Below, piece after piece: positions 41,807 through 51,000 of a stretch of 64,000 nt of DNA. Origin of the DNA: a virus (Duplodnaviria; Caudoviricetes); the IMG/VR virus record IMGVR_UViG_2914923772_000011, positions 10,054 to 74,053 of that record; one strand, given 5' to 3'. Position 1 is the first letter of the stretch, and each line of letters begins with the position of its first letter. Under the pieces are notes generated by a model. That model had not been told where the DNA came from and searched no databases. It worked only from the letters and a program-made list of their open reading frames with translations. Both the position numbers and the translations under genes were made by a program.

Positions 41807-43684
41807 ATGAGTAGACCTTTTTCGGTTGAGGCTTGTGATTTCAGCGGCTGGGCAACCCGAAACGACCTTAAGTGTTCTGATGGACGAGTAATTCGTCGGG
41901 ACGCCTTTAAGAATAACGACGGTATTAAAGTCCCGCTGGTCTGGAATCATCAGCACAACAGTCCTCGTGATGTTCTCGGTCATGCATGGCTTGAGAACCG
42001 TGAGGAAGGTGTTTACACCTATGGCTTTCTCAATGACACCGCTGATGGTGAAATTGCGAAAGTCCTTATCAAGCACGGTGACATCTGTGCTCTGTCCATT
42101 TACGCCAATCAGCTCCAGCAGGCTGGTCCCGATGTGCTGCATGGCTGTATTTGCGAGGTGAGCCTGGTGCATAAGGGCGCTAACCCCGGTGCATTTATTG
42201 ATTCTATGCTGAAGCACGGCGAAATGTCCGACGATGAAGCCATCATCTATACCGGAATGCCTCTCTGTCTTTCTCATTCTTCCGAGTCTAAGGATGCGCA
42301 GAAAGAAGAGGAAAAGAAGGAGGATACCAAAGAGGACAAGTCTGCTGAAAACAAGGAAGAGAAGAAGGACAATGAAGAGACGATCGCTGATGTGATCGAT
42401 TCCATGTCTGAGAAGCAGCAGAATGTCATGTATGCGCTTATCACACAGGCTCTCGAAGGCGAACCCGAAAAGGAATCCAAGGATGATTCCGACAACAAAT
42501 CTGAATCCAATAAGGAGGATAACACAATGAAACATAATGTCTTTGATAACGATCAGCAGAAGAAGACCGAGGTTCTGTCTCATGCTGACCAGGCAAGCAT
42601 CATTTCTATGGCCAAGTCCAACAGCGTCGGCAGTCTCCGTACTGCTATGGACATTTATGCAGAGCAGAATCCTGACAGTGTTCTGGCTCATGGTATCGAC
42701 GGTATTGAAACCCTGTTCCCTGAGTACAAGGATGTCCGTCCCGGTGCTCCTGAACTGCTTACCACTGACCAGGGTTGGGTGAATGAGGTTCTGAAGAAGG
42801 TTCACAAGAGCCCTATTTCCCGTATCCGTACTCGTCAGGCTGACCTGCGTAACATTGAGGCTCTTCGTGCTAAGGGTTACAAGAAGGGTGCCCAGAAGGG
42901 TTATGTCGGCAACATTCAGCTGCTCCACAGAACGACTGATCCTCAGACCGTGTATGTAAAGAGTAAGCTTGACCGTGATGACATCATCGATATTCAGGAC
43001 TTCGATGTGGTGCAGTATCTGTACGGCATCGACCGTATGAATCTGAACGAGGAACTGGCTACGGCTATCATGATCGGTGACGGTCGCGAGGTCGGTGCTG
43101 ATGGTAAGATCGCCGAGGATAAGATCCGCCCGATTTGGTTGGATGACGAGCTGTATACCATCCATGCTGACGTTGACATTGCCGGCATGAAGGCTACTCT
43201 CCAGGGCACCAATACTTCCGCTAATTTCGGCGAGAATTACATTTATGCAGAAGCCGTGATTCAGTCTCTGCTGTATGCTCGTGAGAAGTATAAGGGTTCC
43301 GGCACTCCCGACTTCTACTGCACGCCCCATTTGGTCAATGTCATGCTGCTTGCCCGTGACCTGAATGGCCGTCGCATCTATGACAAGGTTAGCGATCTGG
43401 CTGCGGCTTTGAATGTTGGACAGATCATCACCGCCGAACAGTTCGAGGGTAAGACTCGTACTACCACGGACAGCAAGACCAAGAAGCTTCTAGGACTGAT
43501 GGTCAATCTGGCTGATTATTCTCTGGGCGCTACCAAGGGCGGCGAAATCACTCACTTCACCGATTTCGATATCGACTTCAACCAGGAGAAGAGCCTGCTG
43601 GAGACTCGTTGCTCCGGCGCCAACACTCGTGTCATGTCTGCTATCGCTCTGGAAGAGGATGTCACTGCCAATATTGGCGGCTAA
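41807..43684 (+). CDS. Prohead protease - scaffold - major capsid protein fusion
   Basis: N-terminal VPLVWNHQH..LGH..EVSLV..GANP protease; charged linker; C-terminal capsid domain; in-frame internal RBS and ATG at 42527. Confidence 0.85.
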   Translation: MSRPFSVEACDFSGWATRNDLKCSDGRVIRRDAFKNNDGIKVPLVWNHQHNSPRDVLGHAWLENREEGVYTYGFLNDTADGEIAKVLIKHGDICALSIYANQLQQAGPDVLHGCICEVSLVHKGANPGAFIDSMLKHGEMSDDEAIIYTGMPLCLSHSSESKDAQKEEEKKEDTKEDKSAENKEEKKDNEETIADVIDSMSEKQQNVMYALITQALEGEPEKESKDDSDNKSESNKEDNTMKHNVFDNDQQKKTEVLSHADQASIISMAKSNSVGSLRTAMDIYAEQNPDSVLAHGIDGIETLFPEYKDVRPGAPELLTTDQGWVNEVLKKVHKSPISRIRTRQADLRNIEALRAKGYKKGAQKGYVGNIQLLHRTTDPQTVYVKSKLDRDDIIDIQDFDVVQYLYGIDRMNLNEELATAIMIGDGREVGADGKIAEDKIRPIWLDDELYTIHADVDIAGMKATLQGTNTSANFGENYIYAEAVIQSLLYAREKYKGSGTPDFYCTPHLVNVMLLARDLNGRRIYDKVSDLAAALNVGQIITAEQFEGKTRTTTDSKTKKLLGLMVNLADYSLGATKGGEITHFTDFDIDFNQEKSLLETRCSGANTRVMSAIALEEDVTANIGG

Positions 43685-43709
43685 ATTCAGCGAGGAGTGA
43701 AAATTCAAA

Positions 43710-44033
43710 ATGGCTAAATTTTATGGAGTAATCGGCTACGCTGTAACAGAAGAGACTAAGCCGGGCGTTTGGGCAGAGAAGATCATCGAGCGTATGTACT
43801 ATGGTGATTTAACCCGTAACACCCGTAGGCTTCAGTCTGCGGAACAACTCAACGACAACATCAATGTTGCGAATGAGATCAGTATCGTAGCCGATCCATT
43901 TGCCAATGAGAATTTTCATTCGATGAGGTATGTTGAGTTTATGGGTGCTAAATGGAAAGTCACAAGTGTCGAAGTTCAGTACCCAAGACTTATACTGACT
44001 ATGGGAGGTGTATACAATGGCGAGCAGGCTTAA
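43710..44033 (+). CDS. Head closure / head-tail joining protein
   Basis: Position; beta-rich; WKVTSVEVQYPRL. Confidence 0.6.
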   Translation: MAKFYGVIGYAVTEETKPGVWAEKIIERMYYGDLTRNTRRLQSAEQLNDNINVANEISIVADPFANENFHSMRYVEFMGAKWKVTSVEVQYPRLILTMGGVYNGEQA

Positions 44034-44322
44034 TCTGCAAACTTTCCTTGAAGAAATCCTTGAAAGCAGAAATGTGTATTTTCAACCTCCTGAGTCGGTA
44101 AAAATGAAATACCCCGCTATCGTTTATGCACTTGATGATATCGAAAATGTGCACGCCGATAACGGGGTTTATTCATCTCACAGGCACTATTCAGTCACTG
44201 TTATTGACTCTGACCCGGATAGTGAGCTTGTCGGTAAGATGGTTTCTATACCTACTTGCCGATTTGAACGATATTATGCAAGCGAGAATCTGAATCACTG
44301 GAATTTCTCGCTCTATTTCTGA
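44017..44322 (+). CDS. Tail terminator / neck protein
   Basis: VYFQPP..KYPAIVY pattern; precedes the major tail protein. Confidence 0.6.
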   Translation: MASRLNLQTFLEEILESRNVYFQPPESVKMKYPAIVYALDDIENVHADNGVYSSHRHYSVTVIDSDPDSELVGKMVSIPTCRFERYYASENLNHWNFSLYF

Positions 44323-44339
44323 TAAGGAGGAATATCTTT

Positions 44340-45053
44340 ATGTCCAAAATCATTTGGGATAAAACTGGCGAGCGCCTGTACGAAACCGGCTGTGACCATG
44401 GCGTTCTCTATCCGATGCAGACCGGCGGCGTTTATAACAAGGGCGTCGCATGGAATGGTCTGACTGCCGTTACCGAGAGTCCTTCCGGGGCCGAGGCTTC
44501 CCCGATTTACGCTGACAACATCAAGTATGTCAACCTGGTTTCAAACGAGGAATTCGGTGCTACCGTCGAGGCGTATATGTATCCTGACGAGTTTGCCGAG
44601 TGTGATGGTTCTGTTGAGATCATGCCCGGTATGTACGCCGGTCAGCAATCCCGTAAGACTTTCGGCCTGGCATATCGTACCATTCTGGGTAATGATACCG
44701 ATCTGAACGATTACGGTTATAAGCTGCATCTGGTTTATGGCTGCCTGGCAGCACCTTCTGAAAAGGGTTACAGCACAGTCAACGACAGTCCTGAGGCGGC
44801 TACTCTGTCCTGGGAGATCAGCACCACACCGGTCTCTATCAACAAGCTGGTCAACGGTAAGAAGTTGAAGCCGACAGCCACGCTGACCTTTGACTCCACC
44901 AAGTTTAGTGCCGAGTTCATGACTAAGCTGGAAGAGATCCTGTACGGTAAGGACCCGACCACCGATGGCGGTAACGATGGTGTCGAGCCTCGTCTGCCTC
45001 TGCCTGATGAGATCATTGAACTGTTCGATGAGACTCAGAATCCGCAGGGTTAA
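44340..45053 (+). CDS. Major tail protein
   Basis: AWNGLTAVTESPSG..IYADN..YKLHLVYG. Confidence 0.8.
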   Translation: MSKIIWDKTGERLYETGCDHGVLYPMQTGGVYNKGVAWNGLTAVTESPSGAEASPIYADNIKYVNLVSNEEFGATVEAYMYPDEFAECDGSVEIMPGMYAGQQSRKTFGLAYRTILGNDTDLNDYGYKLHLVYGCLAAPSEKGYSTVNDSPEAATLSWEISTTPVSINKLVNGKKLKPTATLTFDSTKFSAEFMTKLEEILYGKDPTTDGGNDGVEPRLPLPDEIIELFDETQNPQG

Positions 45054-45067
45054 TCTGTAAAAATTAT

Positions 45068-45107
45068 GGAGCCGTATTCAGGTAAGCTGGCGGCTCCTAC
45101 TTTTTTT
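45068..45107 (+). terminator. Intrinsic terminator after the major tail gene
   Basis: GGAGCCG..CGGCTCC plus T-tract. Confidence 0.7.
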
Positions 45108-45130
45108 AATTTGAAAGGAGAAAAATTTCA

Positions 45131-45523
45131 ATGACTAAGGAAACTATCACTTATACCGATCTGAATGGCATTCAGAGAACTGAAGATTTTTACTTCGATC
45201 TGTCCAAGCCTGAAATCGTAAAAATGCAGGCGAGCGCAAAGGGTGGCTACGATGTCCAGCTTAAGAGTATCGCTGCCAGTCCGAATGGGGCGCTTATTAT
45301 GGAGTTCTTCGAGAACTTTATTAAGACCGCCTATGGCGAGAAGAGCGATGATGGCAGACGCTTCATGAAGTCTGAGGAAATTTCCAGAGGCTTTATGGAA
45401 ACTCCCGCTTATGAGGTCCTGTTTGAGAAGCTTGTCACCGATGCCGGCGCTGCATCCGAATTTGTCAACCGTGTGATGCGTGCCAACGGCAATAAGCAGG
45501 CTGCGCCCATCGCATCTAATTAA
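45131..45523 (+). CDS. Tail assembly chaperone (first)
   Basis: Position after the major tail protein. Confidence 0.6.
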   Translation: MTKETITYTDLNGIQRTEDFYFDLSKPEIVKMQASAKGGYDVQLKSIAASPNGALIMEFFENFIKTAYGEKSDDGRRFMKSEEISRGFMETPAYEVLFEKLVTDAGAASEFVNRVMRANGNKQAAPIASN

Positions 45524-45545
45524 AGAAAGCTCGGAGGGCTAAGGA

Positions 45546-46088
45546 ATGCTGAAAATTACTGTGCCGGCTGCCGAGTTTTGGGATGAAATTCATGAAGAAT
45601 TTGTCTACAAGAAAGAGCAGGCTTTGCAGTTGGAGCATTCCTTAGTCTCTCTTTCAAAATGGGAAAGCAAATGGAATAAGGCATTTCTCGGAAAACAAGA
45701 AAAAACCGATGAGGAAATTCTTGATTATGTACGATGTATGACCTTAACCCAGAATGTCGATCCCGAAGTATATACTCGGCTGTCTGCTGAAAACTACGCC
45801 GCCATCAATGCGTACATCGAAGCACCTATGACTGCTACTTGCCTTATCGAGGACAAGCAGACAAGAGGTAATAAAGAAACGGTTACATCTGAGCTTATTT
45901 ACTACTGGATGATTTCCTATAACATCCCTGTGGAGTTTCAAAAATGGCATTTGAACAGACTGCTGACCCTCATACGGGTATGTAATGTCAAGAACTCTCC
46001 GCCTAAGCGAAGAAGTAAGCGTGAAATGTGGAATCGGAACGCAGCTATCAACGCTGCCAATCGAAAACGCTTTGGCTCTAAGGGGTGA
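45546..46088 (+). CDS. Tail assembly chaperone (second)
   Basis: Position; WHLNRLLTLIRVC pattern. Confidence 0.55.
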   Translation: MLKITVPAAEFWDEIHEEFVYKKEQALQLEHSLVSLSKWESKWNKAFLGKQEKTDEEILDYVRCMTLTQNVDPEVYTRLSAENYAAINAYIEAPMTATCLIEDKQTRGNKETVTSELIYYWMISYNIPVEFQKWHLNRLLTLIRVCNVKNSPPKRRSKREMWNRNAAINAANRKRFGSKG

Positions 46089-46092
46089 TTGA

Positions 46093-46419
46093 ATGAACAG
46101 ACGATGCCGAAAATGCCTGTTAAGGCGAGTTTGCCATAAAAAGCAGCCTTACAATAACTGGCTTAAAACTTTTACCAAAAAAGCAGTAGCAATCATTCTG
46201 GTGGTTTCTCTGGTTGATTTGCAACTGTCTTATGTGCTTGCATTTATGGGGCAAGTACAAATTGCGGAATCGCTTTCCAGCACAATAGCGTCGACCGTTG
46301 TCGGGGTTATGCTTGGCTACTTCTTCAAAGCCCTTTTCGAAACATTCTTCGAAAGGCGTGAAGAACGGCTCAAGCAGGAAAGTGAACCGGAAGAAAATAC
46401 GAATTATGAGGAGGTTTAG
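46093..46419 (+). CDS. Holin-like membrane protein
   Basis: Two TM segments; upstream of the amidase. Confidence 0.55.
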   Translation: MNRRCRKCLLRRVCHKKQPYNNWLKTFTKKAVAIILVVSLVDLQLSYVLAFMGQVQIAESLSSTIASTVVGVMLGYFFKALFETFFERREERLKQESEPEENTNYEEV

Positions 46420-46421
46420 TT

Positions 46422-46745
46422 ATGCCTATCAGTTTTTTGACTACAGCACTGTTGATCGTATCCGTCATCACGAATCTGACAGTGGAGGGCATTAAGAAGC
46501 TGCTTGACGGAACGAAGGTCAAGTATTCTTCTAACGTTCTTGCGGCAGTTTTGTCCGTCCTGATCGCCTGTGCTGTTAGCGTGATTTACCTTATTATGAC
46601 TGACACGATCTTTACTATGAAGATTGGGGTTGAGATCGTCGTTCTGATGTATCTGGGCTTCCTGATCTCTACGGTTGGTTATGACAAGGTTATTCAGATG
46701 CTGAAACAGATCCAGAGCGTGAAGGAGGAAACGAAAAATGAGTAA
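46422..46745 (+). CDS. Holin
   Basis: Three TM segments; overlaps the endolysin start. Confidence 0.7.
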   Translation: MPISFLTTALLIVSVITNLTVEGIKKLLDGTKVKYSSNVLAAVLSVLIACAVSVIYLIMTDTIFTMKIGVEIVVLMYLGFLISTVGYDKVIQMLKQIQSVKEETKNE

Positions 46746-47691
46746 CAGTCCTCTGGTATCTTATACCAAGTTAAGCCCTAATCATTCCGGGCAGAGAACC
46801 CATGTCGTTGACCGTATCACGCCTCATTGTGTGGTCGGTCAGTGCTCTGTAGAGACTTTGGGTAATATTTTTGCTCCGACTTCCCGACAGGCTTCCTGTC
46901 AGTATGGTATCGGCGTGGATGGTCGAGTGGGCATGTATGTGGAAGAAAAGAACCGTTCCTGGTGTTCTTCCTCTAATGCGAATGACCAGCGTGCGATTAC
47001 AATCGAGTGTGCCAGCGATGCCACACATCCTTATGCATTCAACGACACTGTATATGCTAAACTGATCGAGCTTTGCACAGACATTTGCAAGCGTTACGGA
47101 AAAACAAAGCTACTCTGGTTCGGCGATAAGACGAAGACTCTGAACTATGAGCCGGCTTCCAATGAAATGGTTCTGACCGTACATCGTTGGTTCGCCAACA
47201 AGAGTTGCCCTGGTGACTGGATGTATGCTCGAATGGGAGATCTTGCGTCCAAAGTTACGGCTAAGCTTGGAGGCTCTGCTGGCGGAACTGAGAAGCCTGC
47301 CGATAATCAGGTGCTTTATCGGGTGCAGACAGGAGCTTTCAGCAACAAGGCGAATGCAGATGCAATGCTTCAGAAGGTGAAAGCCGCCGGTTTCGATACC
47401 TACATGGTTAAGGTCGATAACCTTTACAAGATTCAGGTCGGCGCATTCAGCAAGAAAGCAAATGCTGACGCTATGGCTGCAAAGCTGAAAGCTGCTGGTT
47501 TTGACACCTATATAACAACCAAAAGCGGGACGGCAGTCTCTGCATCTTCTGCGAAGAAAAGCACTGACCAGATCGCTCGTGAAGTAATTCAGGGGCTGTG
47601 GGGTAACGGTGTGGACAGGACTAATCGGCTGAAGGCAGCTGGTTACAATCCTTCCGCAATACAGAATCGGGTGAATCAGCTTCTTAAATAA
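46738..47691 (+). CDS. Endolysin: N-acetylmuramoyl-L-alanine amidase with two SPOR-like repeats and a C-terminal binding domain
   Basis: ITPHCVVG..AITIECA..HRWFANKSCPG; YRVQTGAFS/YKIQVGAFS repeats; IAREVIQGLWGNG. Confidence 0.9.
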   Translation: MSNSPLVSYTKLSPNHSGQRTHVVDRITPHCVVGQCSVETLGNIFAPTSRQASCQYGIGVDGRVGMYVEEKNRSWCSSSNANDQRAITIECASDATHPYAFNDTVYAKLIELCTDICKRYGKTKLLWFGDKTKTLNYEPASNEMVLTVHRWFANKSCPGDWMYARMGDLASKVTAKLGGSAGGTEKPADNQVLYRVQTGAFSNKANADAMLQKVKAAGFDTYMVKVDNLYKIQVGAFSKKANADAMAAKLKAAGFDTYITTKSGTAVSASSAKKSTDQIAREVIQGLWGNGVDRTNRLKAAGYNPSAIQNRVNQLLK

Positions 47692-47703
47692 GGAGGTCCG
47701 TGA

Positions 47704-48081
47704 ATGATAAGGTTCAGTCACAAGGGAGACTTCTCTAAGGTTACACGCTTTTTGGAGAGGGCAAAGGAAGTGGTCCATCTCGGAGACCTCGACAAGTATG
47801 GCCGAGAAGGGGTCGCTGCTCTTGCGTCTGCAACGCCTGTCGATTCCGGTTTGACCGCCAGTTCATGGTATTACGAGATCGTAAACCGAAATGGATCTGC
47901 AAAGATCACCTTTTACAACTCAAATATTCAAAATGGGGTTCCGATAGCGATCATTCTGCAATATGGGCATGGAACCCGTAACGGAGGCTGGGTACAGGGT
48001 CGAGACTACATCAATCCTGCTATCCAGCCTATTTTTGACAAAATCGCAAACGAAGCATGGAAGGAGGTTACGAAGCTATGA
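47704..48081 (+). CDS. HK97 gp10-like tail completion protein
   Basis: TPVDSG..YGHGTR..YINPA. Confidence 0.7.
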   Translation: MIRFSHKGDFSKVTRFLERAKEVVHLGDLDKYGREGVAALASATPVDSGLTASSWYYEIVNRNGSAKITFYNSNIQNGVPIAIILQYGHGTRNGGWVQGRDYINPAIQPIFDKIANEAWKEVTKL

Positions 48082-51000
48082 GTAAAACCATCGACGAAAG
48101 AGTCGTAGAAATGCGGTTTGACAATAAGCAGTTTGAGAGCAATGTTCAAACCAGTTTGTCCACCATTGAAAAATTAAAGAAAAGTTTGGATATGGACGGC
48201 GCTACAAAAGGTCTTGAAAGCATTGACAGTGCTGCTAAGAAAGTCGATATGTCGGGGCTTGGCTCTGCGGTTGAAACAGTAAAGACTCGATTCTCGGCAT
48301 TGGAAGTCATGGCTGTAACCGCCCTTGCAAACATCACCAACTCGGTTGTAAACACCGGTAAACAGATGCTCCATTCCTTGACGATTGAACCTATCAGTCA
48401 GGGTTTTGAGGAATACGAGCTGAAGATGGGGTCAATTCAGACCATCATGATGAGCACCGGCGCCTCTCTTGAAGAAGTTAATAAGTATCTTCAGGAATTG
48501 AACACTTACTCGGATAAGACCATTTACTCCTTCCAGGATATGACTTCCAACATCGGTAAATTTACCAATGCTGGTGTCGGTCTTGAGGATGCAGTAATGG
48601 CTATTCAGGGTGTGTCGAATGTTGCCGCTGTGTCCGGTGCCAATGCAAATGAGGCATCTCGTGCCATGTATAACTTTGCGCAGGCACTGTCTGCCGGTTA
48701 TGTTAAGCTGATCGACTGGAAATCAATTGAGAATGCTAATATGGCGACCGTTGAATTCAAGACTCAGCTTCTTGAGTCGGCTGTTGCCTGTGGCACCTTG
48801 ACTAAAACTGCCGACGGCATGTATAAAACGGTTAAGGGTAATGTCATCGATGCTACACATGGCTTCAATGATTCTTTGCAGGATCAGTGGATGACCACGG
48901 AAGCTCTTGTCGGCACGCTTCGTAATTACGCCGATGAAACAACTGAAATTGGTGCGAAAGCATTTGCTGCTGCGCAGGATGTTAAAACATTTACCCAGTT
49001 AATGGATACCCTGAAGGAAGCCGTAGGCTCCGGATGGGCAAATACATGGGAAATTCTGTTTGGTGATTTCGAGGAAGCCAAAGAACTTTGGACTGGACTC
49101 AGTCAGGTTATCGGTGGATTTATCGACGCCCAAGCAGATGCTCGCAATGAGATGTTGCAAGGGTGGAAAGATCTTGGCGGAAGAACCAAACTGATTGAGG
49201 CACTTAAAAATGCTTTTGAAGGTGTTCAGAGTGTTATCAAACCAATTTATGAGGCATTCCGTGAGATATTTCCTCCCACCACAGCCCAACAGCTTTATGA
49301 TATTACTGAGAATTTGCGAAAATTCACAGCAAATTTGAAGCTCAGTGATACAGCTTCAGCTAATCTAAAATCCACTTTCAAAGGCTTGTTTGCGATCTTG
49401 GACATCGTTAAACAAGCCTTTTCTGCTATATTTACGGCAATTAAACCGTTGTTTGGCGGGTTTGGAACACTCGGAGATGGAATTCTTGGTTTCACTGGCG
49501 GGATTGGCGATGCTATTGTTGCGTTTGATGAGTTTATCAAAACCAGCGGAGCATTCCAGAAAGTCGGTGAGGGTATTGCTACGGTAATTCAGACAATTAT
49601 GACTGCTTTATCCACACTGAAGAACAAGATCAAAGAGAAATTCGAATCCGCCAATTTCGAATTGTTTCATTCTCTTCTTGAGCGAATCCATGAGAGAATG
49701 GCTCAAGTCGGAGAAGCAGCCGGTGAGATGAAATCCGGGATTATCGTTGCCTTTGAGGTCATTGGTGAAACTCTTGCTAATTGTCAGTTTGTTCAGCTTC
49801 TTTCTGCTGTGTGGAACGCCGTTAAGACAATCGGAAGTGGCATCATTAAAATCCTTGGCGAACTCGGCAGCTCCTTAGCAAAGAATCTCGGTGAAGCTAA
49901 TTTCAGCGGAATTATCGATCTGCTGAATGGTATCTCGTTCGGTGCTATTGCTGTCGGTATCACAAAGTTTGTCGGCACCTTCCGAAAAGCTATTGAAGAT
50001 ATCGGCAGTTTCAAGGAATCTTTTATCGGAATTCTTGACAGTGTTCGAGGATGCTTTGAAGCTTACCAGACTCAGTTGCAGGCTGGTACATTGCTGAAGA
50101 TCGCGTCGGCTATTGCTATTCTTACTGCATCTTTGATTGCGCTTAGTCTTGTGGACAGCGAAAAGCTGAATGTAGCCCTTGGAGCAATCACTGTGCTATT
50201 CGCTGAACTTCTTGCTTCGATGGCTGTATTCAACAAAATCAGCGGTCAGGCAACTGGTGTGATGAAGAGTGTAACTGCTATGCTCGGAATTGCTACGGCA
50301 GTGCTGATTTTAGCGAGCGCACTTAAAAAGATTGCTGATCTGGATGCAAAGCAGCTTACTACTGGTCTGATTGGCGTTGCAGGTTTGACGACTATGATGG
50401 TTGTCGCAGCCAAAGCTATGAGTTCCAACAGTAAAACCATCATCAAGGGTGCTACTCAAATGGTGATCTTTGCAGCCGCAATCAAGATTCTTGCTTCTGT
50501 TTGTGAGCAACTTGCTAAATTGGACTGGAACCAGCTTGCGAAAGGTCTTGTCGGCGTTGGTGTATTGCTTGCCGAGGTTTCTCTGTTCCTGAGAACCGCA
50601 AAATTCAGCGGTAAATCCATTACTACGGCTACAGGTATTGTAATTCTTTCAGCAGCAATCAAGGTGTTGGCCTCTGCCTGCAAAGATTTCGGCGAAATGA
50701 AATGGGAAGACATCGGTAAGGGGCTTGCATCTATTGCAGTGCTTCTTGCTGAGGTTACCGCTTTCACCAAGCTTACTGGTAACGCTAAACATGTAATCTC
50801 TACAGGTGTAGCGCTCATTGCTATCGGAGCAGCCATGAAGATATTCGCATCGGCTGTAAAAGACTTCTCTGGAATGCAGTGGGACGAAATTGCAAGAGGT
50901 CTTGTTGCTATGGCCGGGGCTTTGGCGGCGGTTACAATTGCTGTCAACTTCATGCCGAAAAACATGATCGGCATCGGCACTGGTCTTATTGCTGTCTCTG

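Noticed and set aside
41693-43330. 545-aa minus-strand ORF, and similar long antisense ORFs at 12989-14161, 18804-19760, 34431-35429, 50456-51724, 53154-54209 and 57124-59073
   Set aside because: Shadows of strongly codon-biased + strand genes; no RBS, no recognisable motifs, fully overlapping real genes
45131-46088. Programmed -1 frameshift joining the two tail chaperones
   Set aside because: No XXXYYYZ slippery site seen near the first stop, and the second ORF has its own RBS
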